Shown: positions 10,263 through 19,771, counted from the stretch's first letter. The stretch is DNA of 64,000 nucleotides from an uncultured Acidobacteriota bacterium (GCA_913043225.1 CAJWLU010000001.1:192001-256000), one strand, 5' to 3'. The notes: generated by a model not told the origin, from the sequence alone. A program made the numbers and translations.

Positions 10263-11558
10263 ATGTCAGGCGTCCCTTCTCCGACCCGCACCGCGAGCAC
10301 TTCCATCAAGCGCTCGATCCTCGGAAACTTGGTCCGACCGTGGCTGCTCCGCCTCCTCGACCGTCTGGACGATGGCCAGCTCGAGCTCGTGGACCCGCTC
10401 GGCCGTCGTCGCCTTGGGAGCGACGCCCGCGACCTGGAAGCTGGCGGTGAGTCACAGACGACGACCGATCTCTGCGGAGAGGTCGAGATCGCCGATACCG
10501 GGGTCTACCCGCGTCTCATCTGGGGCGGCTCGATCGGGGCGGCTGAGACCTATGCCGACAGGCGCTGGTCGAGCCCGGATCTCACGTCGGTGATCCGCCT
10601 ACTCGCTAGGAATCGAGACGTGGGGAAGGCGCTGGACGGCCCTGCCAGCCGGCTGCTGGGACTAACCCAACAACTGCGGCATCGATGGCGGACGAACACG
10701 CGCCGACAAAGTCAGCGCAACATCGGCGACCACTACGACCTCGGCAACGACTTCTTCGAGACGTTTCTCGATCCCACGCTCACCTACTCGTGCGCCGTCT
10801 TCCCTACCCCGGACGCCGATCTGGAGACGGCGTCTAGACACAAGCTCGACCTGATCTGCCGGAAGCTGGATCTACAGCCTGACGACCGCCTCCTCGAGAT
10901 CGGCACCGGCTGGGGTAGCCTCTGCCTTCACGCCGCCAGCGCGTACGGCTGCCAGGTCGTCACCACCACGATCTCGCGCGAGCAATACCAGCGCGCCACC
11001 GAGCGGGTCCAGGCCGCTGGACTCTGCGACCGCATCCGCATCGAGATGCTCGACTACCGGGACCTGCCAGACCGTTATCCGGAACGGTTCGATAAACTGG
11101 TTTCGGTCGAGATGATTGAAGCGGTGGGCCGAGCGTTCCTCCCCCGCTACTTCGAGATCTGCGACGAGTTGCTGATCCCGGGCGGGCGCGGTCTGATCCA
11201 GGCGATCGTGATCGACGACGATCTTTACGCCAGCTACGCGACCGGCGTGGACTTCATTCAGCGCTATATCTTTCCGGGCGGCTTCCTGCCCTCTGTGGCC
11301 ATCATGCGGGAGCTGACGGCCCGCACCGCGCTCGAGGTGGTCAAGGTCGACGACATTACCCACCACTATCCGCCGACTCTGCGTGCCTGGCGGGCTGCGC
11401 TCCACCGTCGCTGGTTCGACCTGATCTCGCTCGGTTACCCAGACCGCCTCCTCCGCCTCTGGGACTATTACTTCTGCTACTCCGAAGGCGGATTCCTTGA
11501 GCGAACCATTGGTGACGTGCAGGTGACCCTCACCAAGCCCCGCAGTCCTTCGCCATGA
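10263..11558 (+). CDS. cfa: cyclopropane-fatty-acyl-phospholipid synthase family methyltransferase (Cfa/UfaM-like)
   Basis: NIGDHYDLGNDFF, LTYSCA, LEIGTGWG, SVEMIEAVG, FIQRYIFPGG, LWDYYFCYSEGGF. Confidence 0.9.
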   Translation: MSGVPSPTRTASTSIKRSILGNLVRPWLLRLLDRLDDGQLELVDPLGRRRLGSDARDLEAGGESQTTTDLCGEVEIADTGVYPRLIWGGSIGAAETYADRRWSSPDLTSVIRLLARNRDVGKALDGPASRLLGLTQQLRHRWRTNTRRQSQRNIGDHYDLGNDFFETFLDPTLTYSCAVFPTPDADLETASRHKLDLICRKLDLQPDDRLLEIGTGWGSLCLHAASAYGCQVVTTTISREQYQRATERVQAAGLCDRIRIEMLDYRDLPDRYPERFDKLVSVEMIEAVGRAFLPRYFEICDELLIPGGRGLIQAIVIDDDLYASYATGVDFIQRYIFPGGFLPSVAIMRELTARTALEVVKVDDITHHYPPTLRAWRAALHRRWFDLISLGYPDRLLRLWDYYFCYSEGGFLERTIGDVQVTLTKPRSPSP

Positions 11559-12583
11559 GCCTGATTCTCGAACTTGCCGAGCGGGGCTGGCTCCCGGACG
11601 GTGTCATCTGTGTGGGAATCCGGCAGTTGCTCCGGCAGCGGCTGGCCGCCGAGCGCACCCGGACGAGCGAGGGGGCGGGTGGGCTTGATGATCACCTGGC
11701 CGCCATGCGCGCGGGCCCGATCGCGATCGAGGTCGATGCCGCCAACACGCAGCATTACGAAGTTCCCGCCGCCCTGTTCGAAGCGGTTCTTGGCCCCCAT
11801 CTCAAGTACAGCTGCGGCCACTGGCCCGAGGGCGTGTCCACACTCGACGAGGCGGAAGCCTCTATGCTGGCTCTGACGTGCGAGCGGGCAGGGCTCACGG
11901 ACGGCATGCGTGTGATGGACCTCGGCTGCGGCTGGGGCGCCCTGGCACTGTGGGTGGCCGAACGCTACCCCCAAACCGAGGTGCTGGCCGTCTCAAACTC
12001 GACGTCGCAACGGCACTTCATCGAGCACCGGCGCACTGCCAGAGGCCTGTCCAACCTCCGGGTCGTGACCGCCGACGTCAACCAGTACGAACCCTCGGAC
12101 CGCTTCGACCGGGTGGTCTCCGTCGAGATGTTCGAGCATCTGCGCAATGTCGAGGCATTGCTGGAGCGGATCGGTGCCTGGCTCGTTCCCGACGGCCGGC
12201 TGTTCGTCCACGTCTTCTCCCATCACCGCTACGCGTACTTCTACGACGTGGACGGCGAGTCGGACTGGATGGCCAGACACTTCTTCACTGGGGGCATGAT
12301 GCCGTCGGACAGGTTGCTCGCTGCCTGTGACGGTCCGCTCGGGGTGGAAGCGCAATGGACGGTTGACGGCCGCCACTACGGCCGGACCGCGCGGGCATGG
12401 CTGGCAAACTTGGACCGCCAGCGTGACGCTGCACTCGACGTCCTAAGGGCGGATCTCGGCACGACCGAGGGCACTCGCTGGCTGCAGCGCTGGCGTCTCT
12501 TCTTCCTGGCTTGCGCCGAGCTCTTCGAGTATCGCAATGGAGCGGAGTGGCGGGTTACTCACCATCGGCTCGCGCTCAGATAG
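11555..12583 (+). CDS. class I SAM-dependent methyltransferase, Cfa/coclaurine N-methyltransferase-like
   Basis: ANTQHYEVP, LKYSCGHW, MDLGCGWG, SVEMFEH, WMARHFFTGGMMPS; ATGA overlap. Confidence 0.88.
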   Translation: MSLILELAERGWLPDGVICVGIRQLLRQRLAAERTRTSEGAGGLDDHLAAMRAGPIAIEVDAANTQHYEVPAALFEAVLGPHLKYSCGHWPEGVSTLDEAEASMLALTCERAGLTDGMRVMDLGCGWGALALWVAERYPQTEVLAVSNSTSQRHFIEHRRTARGLSNLRVVTADVNQYEPSDRFDRVVSVEMFEHLRNVEALLERIGAWLVPDGRLFVHVFSHHRYAYFYDVDGESDWMARHFFTGGMMPSDRLLAACDGPLGVEAQWTVDGRHYGRTARAWLANLDRQRDAALDVLRADLGTTEGTRWLQRWRLFFLACAELFEYRNGAEWRVTHHRLALR

Positions 12584-12673
12584 CCCGGAGCACTTCGTCA
12601 CTACGCAGTGGCTTGCAATGGCAATCATCTAGGCTTTTATTCACTGCTCTAAAATACTTCGCTACAGAATCTA

Positions 12674-13018
12674 ATGACCCTCAGCCTCAAGCTGTTCTTC
12701 TCGTTGATGCTGATCGCCATGCTCGCGATCACCACGGCCGCCTCGCTCGATCGCGGCCTAGTGGCAGCCGCCGAAGCCCTCTGGCCCGACCTGTGGTTCC
12801 GGGCCACGCTGGCCGACGCCTACTTCGCGTTTCTGACCGTCTGGGTGTGGATGGCCTGGCGCGAACCAACCTGGCCGCGGCGACTTGCCTGGCTCGTGGC
12901 GGTCCTTGGCCTGGGGAGCATCGCGATTGCCGTCTACGCTCTACTGCTGCTCGCACGAGCCAACCCCCGCGATCCTGTGAGTACCCTGCTCACCAGAAAC
13001 GCGGACCGGAGCCAATAG
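12674..13018 (+). CDS. DUF1475 family membrane protein
   Basis: Three TM segments, WFRATLADAYFAF and WMAWRE...LGLGSIA pattern. Confidence 0.75.
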   Translation: MTLSLKLFFSLMLIAMLAITTAASLDRGLVAAAEALWPDLWFRATLADAYFAFLTVWVWMAWREPTWPRRLAWLVAVLGLGSIAIAVYALLLLARANPRDPVSTLLTRNADRSQ

Positions 13019-13032
13019 CGGCGGTGCCGCGA

Positions 13033-13572
13033 CTACTCGGTGCCCCGGTACCGGCCTGGGATCGACCCGGAGCCACTGGCCAACCTCGCCAGAGTGGGGA
13101 TGGCCAGCGCCCACAGCAGGGCCAGCAGCGCCCAGGCTGCGCCTCCGTCGACACGAACCGCCCCGAGCCGCTCCCCGAGCCAGTAAGCAAACGGCCCTCC
13201 CAGGGCGCCGAACCCGGCCGCCGCGCGCCAGTCTCGGCCCAGCCAACGCAAACAGAAACGGAGCGTGGCAGCGAACTGGACCCACAGCACTACGATCCAG
13301 GGTGGGGCAACCCCGTCCACCAGGGTGCCAGACTGGAAGCGGAGCCCGCCGAGTGTCACCTGAAGCGACTCGACTACGAATCCGATCACGGCCGCAATCA
13401 CCAACAGACGGACCTCGACGCGACGGTCCACGACCAGCGCCAGATGCACCGCGACGAGCCCGAGACCGACCACGGTTGCCATCAGAGGCCGATGGGCCGC
13501 AGCCAGCAGCACCAGGGCAAGCCAACCTGCCTGATACAAGACGTAGTTGACGAGGTCTACGCGAGTCTGCAT
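13033..13572 (-). CDS. DUF2878 family membrane protein
   Basis: NYVLYQAGW, PPWIVVLWVQFAATL, GALGGPFAYWLGERLGA; family typically found with cfa/DUF1365 genes. Confidence 0.8.
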   Translation of the reverse strand: MQTRVDLVNYVLYQAGWLALVLLAAAHRPLMATVVGLGLVAVHLALVVDRRVEVRLLVIAAVIGFVVESLQVTLGGLRFQSGTLVDGVAPPWIVVLWVQFAATLRFCLRWLGRDWRAAAGFGALGGPFAYWLGERLGAVRVDGGAAWALLALLWALAIPTLARLASGSGSIPGRYRGTE

Positions 13573-13604
13573 GCTGTCGGCTCGAACGAAGGAGAATCGC
13601 ATCT

Positions 13605-14540
13605 GTGCATGAATCGACCCCGGCGCTCTCGCCGTCCACCCGTCCGTCTGGTCCGCCTCCAGAGCACCGCCAGATCGACTGGCTGGGCAACATCCCGTTT
13701 CTGAGTGTTCACGCCGGCTGCCTGCTGGTCCTGTGGACCGGCGTCAGCCCCACTGCGGCGGCCATCGGCTTGGCAACGTTGCTGATCCGCATGTTCGGTC
13801 TGACCGGCGGATATCATCGGTACTTCTGTCATCGAGCCTTCAAGACTTCTCGGGTATTCCAGTTCGTCTTGGCGTGGCTTGGCACAGCCGCCGCGCAGAA
13901 GGGGCCGCTCTGGTGGGCCGGTCATCATCGAAGCCACCACCGCCACTCTGATACCGAAGCCGACGTCCACCCGCCCGGGATCCACGGCTTCTTCTGGGCG
14001 CACATCGGCTGGGTGATGTGTCCAGCCAATCTTCGGACGAAGATGGAGCTGATGCCGGACTTCGCCCGCTATCCGGAACTGACCTGGCTCGATCGGAATC
14101 ACCATGTGGCACCAGTGACCCTGGCGGTCAGCCTTTTCCTGCTCGGCGCCTGGCTCGAGTCCACGGCGCCCGCGCTGGGCGTCACCGGGCTGCAGCTGCT
14201 GGCAGTCGCATTCTTCCTCAGCACGACGGTCCTTTACCACGTCACCTTCGCAGTCAACTCGATTGGCCACACGGTAGGCCGCCGCCGTTTCGACACCCTA
14301 GACGCCAGCCGCAACGGGTTCCTGCTGGCGCTCCTCACCGGCGGTGAAGGCTGGCACAACAACCACCACCGATATCCCACCTCGGAACGGCAAGGTTTCT
14401 ACTGGTGGGAGATCGACCCCACCCACTACGTGGTCGTGCTCCTGAACACGCTCGGCGTGGTCTGGGACGTGCGCGGACCGTCGGCCGAGGTGCTGGAGGA
14501 AGGAAGGAGCCGGCCGAACCGGGCCGCGATCACGTCCTGA
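13605..14540 (+). CDS. acyl-CoA/acyl-lipid (delta-9-type) fatty acid desaturase
   Basis: His boxes HRYFCH, HRSHH, HNNHH; GEGWHNNHH, WWEIDPT. Confidence 0.92.
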   Translation: MHESTPALSPSTRPSGPPPEHRQIDWLGNIPFLSVHAGCLLVLWTGVSPTAAAIGLATLLIRMFGLTGGYHRYFCHRAFKTSRVFQFVLAWLGTAAAQKGPLWWAGHHRSHHRHSDTEADVHPPGIHGFFWAHIGWVMCPANLRTKMELMPDFARYPELTWLDRNHHVAPVTLAVSLFLLGAWLESTAPALGVTGLQLLAVAFFLSTTVLYHVTFAVNSIGHTVGRRRFDTLDASRNGFLLALLTGGEGWHNNHHRYPTSERQGFYWWEIDPTHYVVVLLNTLGVVWDVRGPSAEVLEEGRSRPNRAAITS

Positions 14541-15040
14541 CGGTAGTTGAAGATTTTGCGGAGGTCACGGTCCACCCAGCGGGTGGCGGCCTCGGGCAGC
14601 AACGCGCCTCCGTAGATGGCGAAGTGCACCGTGTCCCGCAGAAGCGTGCCGCCGTCTACCTCGATAAAGTCATGCCGATGGCGCCACAGCCGAAACGGGC
14701 CTCGGCGCTGGTAATCGGTGAATCCCACCGGTGGCTCCCACTCCAAGATCACAGTGTGCCAGCCCACCGGCACCCCGTGCAGCCGGAGACGGTACCGGAT
14801 ACGGGTGTCCTGTCGAACGTCGGGTGTCGAGACCTCAAGGATCCGGAACCGCAGGAACGGCGGTGTCAACTGCTCTAAGTTCCGGGCATCGGCAAAGTAC
14901 GGGAAGACCTCGTCCCTCGGGCGCGGAACGCGCTGGGTCGCCACCAACCGCTGTTCGCCGCCGTCACGCTCGATGCGAACCGAGCGCTCGGCTTCGACGC
15001 TCGCGCTCCGGTGTGGGGCGTCATTGCTGTCTACCATCAT
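14426..15040 (-). CDS. SRPBCC (cyclase/dehydrase-like lipid-binding) family protein
   Basis: VFPYFADARNLEQLTPP, FTDYQRRGPFRLWRHRHDF, IFNYRQ. Confidence 0.85.
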   Translation of the reverse strand: MMVDSNDAPHRSASVEAERSVRIERDGGEQRLVATQRVPRPRDEVFPYFADARNLEQLTPPFLRFRILEVSTPDVRQDTRIRYRLRLHGVPVGWHTVILEWEPPVGFTDYQRRGPFRLWRHRHDFIEVDGGTLLRDTVHFAIYGGALLPEAATRWVDRDLRKIFNYRQDVIAARFGRLLPSSSTSADGPRTSQTTPSVFRSTTT

Positions 15041-15041
15041 A

Positions 15042-15062
15042 TTTAACTAGAGATACAATACG
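15042..15062 (-). promoter_or_regulatory. candidate operator/promoter motif CGTATT-N9-GTTAAA, copy 2
   Basis: Minus strand CGTATTGTATCTCTAGTTAAA between SRPBCC and XRE regulator. Confidence 0.45.
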
Positions 15063-15106
15063 ATCAACTTCCAAGCAAATCGACCCAGCAGTTGGAGGCA
15101 GTAACG

Positions 15107-15691
15107 GTGCTATCGGACACGATAAGAGACGGACTCGAGAATTACCGGATCGGTGAACGGATCCGCGCGATGCGGCTCGAGAAGAAGCTTGGGCTGGTCG
15201 AGCTCGGCCAGCACACGGGACTCTCGCCGGCGCTGCTCTCTAAGATCGAGCGGGGCAAGATGTTCCCCACCCTGCCCACGCTCTTGCGTATCGCCATGGT
15301 GTTCAGTGTCGAGCTCGACACCTTCTTCACCCCCGACGAGACGCCGGTCGCCGCAGTAGTGCGTCGCAGCGATCGACAGCGGTTTCCTCAGCTCCCGAAC
15401 CAGGACCAGGCCAACTTCCATTTCGAGAGCCTGGACTACCCGGTGACCAAGCGCGCCATGAGCTCCTATTTCGCCGAGTTCACCCAGATTAGCGCCAACA
15501 AGCTCAAGATGCATCAGCACCCGGGCGTCGAGTTCATCTACGTCATGACGGGGGCCCTCTCGCTCAAGATCGAAGACCGAGACACAGTGCTCCGAGCCGG
15601 TGATTCGATGTATTTCGATTCCTCGCCATCGCACGGCTATCGACGCTACGGCCGGACCAAGTGCACGGCGATCGTCGTCGTCACTTCCTGA
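15107..15691 (+). CDS. XRE family transcriptional regulator with C-terminal cupin domain
   Basis: IGERIRAMR...GLSPALLSKIERG..PTLPTL HTH; HQHPGVEFIYV...GDSMYFDS..HGY cupin; GGAGG RBS before GTG 15107. Confidence 0.92.
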   Translation: MLSDTIRDGLENYRIGERIRAMRLEKKLGLVELGQHTGLSPALLSKIERGKMFPTLPTLLRIAMVFSVELDTFFTPDETPVAAVVRRSDRQRFPQLPNQDQANFHFESLDYPVTKRAMSSYFAEFTQISANKLKMHQHPGVEFIYVMTGALSLKIEDRDTVLRAGDSMYFDSSPSHGYRRYGRTKCTAIVVVTS

Positions 15692-15696
15692 GCCCG

Positions 15697-15816
15697 ATGC
15701 GGATTGCCATCGTCAACTTCAACGCCGAGCCAACCGGAGGCGCCGAGACCTATCTCCACGCGCTCCTGCCGGTCCTGGCCGGCTGCGGCAGTCGAAGAGA
15801 GGAGCAAATCTCATGA
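15697..15816 (+). pseudogene. 39-aa remnant resembling a glycosyltransferase family 4 N-terminus
   Basis: Translated by hand: MRIAIVNFNAEPTGGAETYLHALLPVLAGCGSRREEQIS*, matching the MxI...PxGGAE.Y...L...L...G start of GT4 enzymes; not in ORF track. Confidence 0.6.
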
Positions 15817-16697
15817 AAATTGTGGTTAGCGGCGCGAGCGGCCTGGTTGGCACCGCGCTGGCTCGCCGATGGAGCGGCACTCACACCGTGGTCGGACTGG
15901 GCCGACAACGAACCGCCGGTGGGATTCAGTGGGACCCGGCAACCGACACCCTGGACCCGTCCGCGCTGTCCGGGGCCGATGCGGTGGTGCATCTGGCCGG
16001 AGCCGGCATCGCGGATCGGCGCTGGTCGGACTCGGTCAAACAGGACATTCGCGATAGTCGGGTACAGGGCACGTCTCTGATCGCACGGTCGATGGCCGCG
16101 GCCGAAGCGCCGCCACCAGTCCTTGTATGCGCATCGGCAATCGGCTTCTACGGCGACAGGGACGACGCGGTGCTCGACGAAGAGAGCGACCCGGGCGAGG
16201 GCTTCCTGTCCGAGGTTTCCCTGGAGTGGGAGGCAGCCGCTGATCCGGCCCGGGAAGCGGGGCTTCGCGTGGCGCACCTGCGTATCGGGATTGTACTGTC
16301 GAGACATGGAGGCGCACTGAAACAGATGCTCCTCCCGTTCCAACTCGGGGTGGGCGGCAAGCTGGGCAGTGGGGACCAGTACATGAGCTGGATCGGCCTC
16401 GAGGATCTGACCCGGATCATCGAGTACGCAATCGAGCAACCGGCCATACAGGGGGCGGTCAATGCAGTCGCCCCGACCCCGGTCACCAACGCGGAGTTCA
16501 CCCGGACACTCGGCCGCGTCCTGCGCCGCCCGACGATCTTTCCGGTGCCCGGTTTCGGTGTGCGGCTGCTCTTCGGCGAAATGGGAGACGCGCTCCTCCT
16601 GGGCAGCACGCGAGTCGTGCCTACACGGCTGTCGGCGACCGGCTTCACCTTCGAGCATGCAGATCTCGACAGCGCGCTCCGAGCCGCCCTGGCGTGA
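15813..16697 (+). CDS. TIGR01777 family NAD-dependent epimerase/oxidoreductase (YfcH-like)
   Basis: MKIVVSGASGLVG, VHLAGAGIADRRW, SAIGFYG, GGKLGSGDQYMSWI; GAGGAG RBS. Confidence 0.92.
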   Translation: MKIVVSGASGLVGTALARRWSGTHTVVGLGRQRTAGGIQWDPATDTLDPSALSGADAVVHLAGAGIADRRWSDSVKQDIRDSRVQGTSLIARSMAAAEAPPPVLVCASAIGFYGDRDDAVLDEESDPGEGFLSEVSLEWEAAADPAREAGLRVAHLRIGIVLSRHGGALKQMLLPFQLGVGGKLGSGDQYMSWIGLEDLTRIIEYAIEQPAIQGAVNAVAPTPVTNAEFTRTLGRVLRRPTIFPVPGFGVRLLFGEMGDALLLGSTRVVPTRLSATGFTFEHADLDSALRAALA

Positions 16698-16716
16698 GGT
16701 GGCGGCCGGAGAGGTG

Positions 16717-17358
16717 TCAGGTCGCAACCATCGACTCAAGCCGCTGCACAGCGCGACATACCGAGGACGGGATCGGCTGGCGGACGATGTCGCCCTGCTG
16801 CCCGTAGCGCTCGAGACGCTCGACTTCGGCCACAAGACGGGACACAAAAGCCGCTCGTGGACGATCACGATGGGAGGACAGCACGCCCTGGGGAGGGCAG
16901 GCCCACACACCAACACCGGGGTACTGCCGGCGGAACGTCGCCAGACACCGCCGCATGACGAAAGCCTTGGCGACGAGAAGCGCCGTCCGGGCGGGCCGGC
17001 CCGTCGCGCGGAGCGCCTGCATCCCGAACCGGACGTTCTCGAGCGTGTTGGTCGCCTCCGCCTCGGTCACGATCCGGCTGTCCGGTACGCCCTCGTCCAG
17101 CAGCGTATCGCGAAACACGAGCGCTTCCGGTTTCGAGAACACACCCTCGGTCCTGGGTCCGAACCGGCCCGTAACCACGATGCGCTCACCATGCCCGGCC
17201 AGAAAGAGCGCCGCCGCTCGGCGCGGCACCGCCAGATCGCGGCTGCCGAAAACAAAGATCGCGTCGCTCGGGCGGGGCCGATGAGACACGGCCAGATAAG
17301 TCCATACCGGTTCCAGCAGTTGGGCTAGCTCGGGCTCCAGAAGTTGATCGAGGGACAC
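16717..17358 (-). CDS. YdcF/DUF218 family protein
   Basis: DAIFVFGS, IVVTG, PEALVF, EAEATNTLENV, LLVAKAFVMRR. Confidence 0.85.
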   Translation of the reverse strand: MSLDQLLEPELAQLLEPVWTYLAVSHRPRPSDAIFVFGSRDLAVPRRAAALFLAGHGERIVVTGRFGPRTEGVFSKPEALVFRDTLLDEGVPDSRIVTEAEATNTLENVRFGMQALRATGRPARTALLVAKAFVMRRCLATFRRQYPGVGVWACPPQGVLSSHRDRPRAAFVSRLVAEVERLERYGQQGDIVRQPIPSSVCRAVQRLESMVAT

Positions 17359-17471
17359 CGGGTGGTTCTACCACAGCCCGCGCCGCGCCCGACAAGATCG
17401 GCCAGATCAGCCCGTACGCTATGATCAAACCGACGGTGCACGTCAGGACTCCTGTACAGAACACCACGCAC

Positions 17472-19139
17472 ATGCTGAACCGTCGGCTCCAGCTCGCTGC
17501 TTACGGTCTGCTCCTGCTGGCCGTACCGAGCCCGGGCCAGACCCCTGACCAGGCGCTCACGCTGGTGACGTCCGAGGGCCGCGATCAGCTGCAGACGGTC
17601 ACCCTCGACGGCCGCCGGATGGTCGCGCTCGACCGGCTGACCGGGCCGTTCGACCTGACTATCAGTGGCGAACGCCGGGAAAACTCGCTTACCTTGTCCC
17701 GTGACGATCAGGTGATCGTGCTCACCGCAAACGAGGGGCTGGTCTCGGTCGACGGACAACTGGTCTCACTTCCCTCGCCCCCGGTCGAACAGAACGGCGC
17801 CTGGTATGTCCCGATCGACTTCATCGGACGGGCGCTGCCTCTTGTCTCAGATGAACCGCTCGAGCTGCGACGTCGCTCCGGGCTCGTGGTGATGGGAAAC
17901 ATCCGAGTGCCACAGGTCGTGGCCCGGTACCGGAGAACCGGCCAACAGGGTCGTCTCGGATTCATGGTGACGCCGGCCATCGAACCGACGATCGAGCAGC
18001 AGGACGACCGGTTTGTGATCACCTTCGACGCCGATGCACTAGACCTTGCCCCGACCAACCTGACACCGGACTCGCTCGTCGTCGGGTTGGCGGCAGACCA
18101 GAACCGCCCGGTGGTCACGGTCGAGCTCGGCGCCGAGTTCGGTTCCTACTCCTCGGTAGTGGAACCGGCGCTCGGGAACGCGATTGAACTGGTGATCGAC
18201 CTCAAGCCCGTGGCCCCGCCGCCGCCTGAGCCACCCCGGACCACGCTGCAACGCCCCGCGACACCCCCGCCGGCAGCTCAACCAGTTCCCCAGGCCCCGG
18301 CGCCGAGCGCCTCACCGGCGCCAGCCGGCGCCCCCGCGCCCCGTCCCGCCGAGGGCGACCCCGATCTGCCTGCGCTTAGCGAACTAGCGGCACCTCGGGC
18401 TATCCGAGCCATCGCGATCGATCCGGGGCACGGGGGTTCAGACACCGGCACCAGCGGTCCGGGAGGCGCACTTGAGAAGGACGTCACACTGGAGGTCGCG
18501 CGTCGGTTGCGGAATGCCATCGAGAGCCAGCTCGGGCTGCGAGTGGTCTTGACCCGCACGTCTGACACGAACGTGGCGCTCGACGAGCGCGCGGCGATCG
18601 CGAACAACAATCGCGCCGACCTATTCATCAGTCTGCATGTCAACGCGTCCGTGCGAGAAACCGCGACCGGAGCCGAGGTGTTCTACCTGAGCCTGGCGGA
18701 GTATGACGACGCGGCGCGTGATCTGTCGGCGCTGGCTGCCGAACCGATCCCGGTGGTGGGAGGAGGCTCACGAATCCTCGACATCGTGCCGTGGGAAATG
18801 GCACAGCTTCGCTACGTGGAGGAGTCGGCGCGCTGGGCCTCAACCGTGGCAGATGAGCTGAGTCTCCGGTTGCCAATGAGTCCCCGGGGTCTGCAACAAG
18901 CGCCATTCCGGGTGCTCGTGGGCGCCAACATGCCTGCTGCACTCGTGGAGCTCGGATTCATCTCGAACCCCGATCAGGAAGCCCAACTCACCTCACCGAC
19001 ATTCCAGACCGCGATCGTCAACGGCCTGCTTCGCAGCATCATCCGCTATCGCGACGAGGCGGCGCGCGGATTCATGGCGCCGATGCCCCTCGATCCGGGC
19101 ACCCCCGAGACGGCGACGCCCCCAGGACGGCTCCAGTGA
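17472..19139 (+). CDS. N-acetylmuramoyl-L-alanine amidase (Amidase_3) with N-terminal beta domains and Pro-rich linker
   Basis: IAIDPGHGG, EKDVTL, ADLFISLHVNAS, PAALVELGFISN; signal peptide. Confidence 0.93.
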   Translation: MLNRRLQLAAYGLLLLAVPSPGQTPDQALTLVTSEGRDQLQTVTLDGRRMVALDRLTGPFDLTISGERRENSLTLSRDDQVIVLTANEGLVSVDGQLVSLPSPPVEQNGAWYVPIDFIGRALPLVSDEPLELRRRSGLVVMGNIRVPQVVARYRRTGQQGRLGFMVTPAIEPTIEQQDDRFVITFDADALDLAPTNLTPDSLVVGLAADQNRPVVTVELGAEFGSYSSVVEPALGNAIELVIDLKPVAPPPPEPPRTTLQRPATPPPAAQPVPQAPAPSASPAPAGAPAPRPAEGDPDLPALSELAAPRAIRAIAIDPGHGGSDTGTSGPGGALEKDVTLEVARRLRNAIESQLGLRVVLTRTSDTNVALDERAAIANNNRADLFISLHVNASVRETATGAEVFYLSLAEYDDAARDLSALAAEPIPVVGGGSRILDIVPWEMAQLRYVEESARWASTVADELSLRLPMSPRGLQQAPFRVLVGANMPAALVELGFISNPDQEAQLTSPTFQTAIVNGLLRSIIRYRDEAARGFMAPMPLDPGTPETATPPGRLQ

Positions 19140-19771
19140 AGCGCGAGCTCGGCATCTATCTCACCCTCGCGGTTGCCGCGGTGGCCGGGGCCTGGCTGCT
19201 CTTCGTGGGCCTGCCCCAGTGGTATGCGGAGCCGACGGCCGATGAGACCGCCGAGCCCACGGGCATGGCCACCGACGGCGAGTTCGTCGAGGCGACGCTG
19301 TTCTACATCTCTGACGACGGCATGCAGCTGGTCGGCTTCGAGCGCCGGTTGCGGCGGGAACCCAGTCTCGCATCGCAGGCCCGGCGTGTGGTTGAGGCGC
19401 AGCTCGCCGAGCCGCCGCTTCCGCTCCTCTCTCCGATACCACGCGGCACCCGACTGCACGGGCTGTATCTCACCGACCGCGGAGAGGCCTTTGTCGACCT
19501 TAGTGAGGAAGTAATGCTGGGCCACAGCGGCGGTTCGCTCGAGGAACTGTTCACGGTGTACGCGGTCGTCAACGCGATCACCGTGAACCTACCCACGATC
19601 ACCGCCGTACAGATCCTGGTCAATGGTACCGAGGTCGACACCCTGGTAGGCCACGTCGACCTACAGAACCCACTAACGGGCAACATGCGGCTGGTGGCCG
19701 ACCCCGACGACGCCCCCACTGAGGGAGAAGACCTGGCTCCCCTCTCGACGACGCCGACAACAACATCATGA
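19136..19771 (+). CDS. GerMN domain-containing membrane-anchored protein
   Basis: N-terminal [42 protein letters not shown]. Confidence 0.88.
   Translation: MKRELGIYLTLAVAAVAGAWLLFVGLPQWYAEPTADETAEPTGMATDGEFVEATLFYISDDGMQLVGFERRLRREPSLASQARRVVEAQLAEPPLPLLSPIPRGTRLHGLYLTDRGEAFVDLSEEVMLGHSGGSLEELFTVYAVVNAITVNLPTITAVQILVNGTEVDTLVGHVDLQNPLTGNMRLVADPDDAPTEGEDLAPLSTTPTTTS

Noticed and set aside
18210..18365. Very C-rich low-complexity segment in the amidase gene
   Set aside because: Encodes an ordinary Pro/Ala linker between domains
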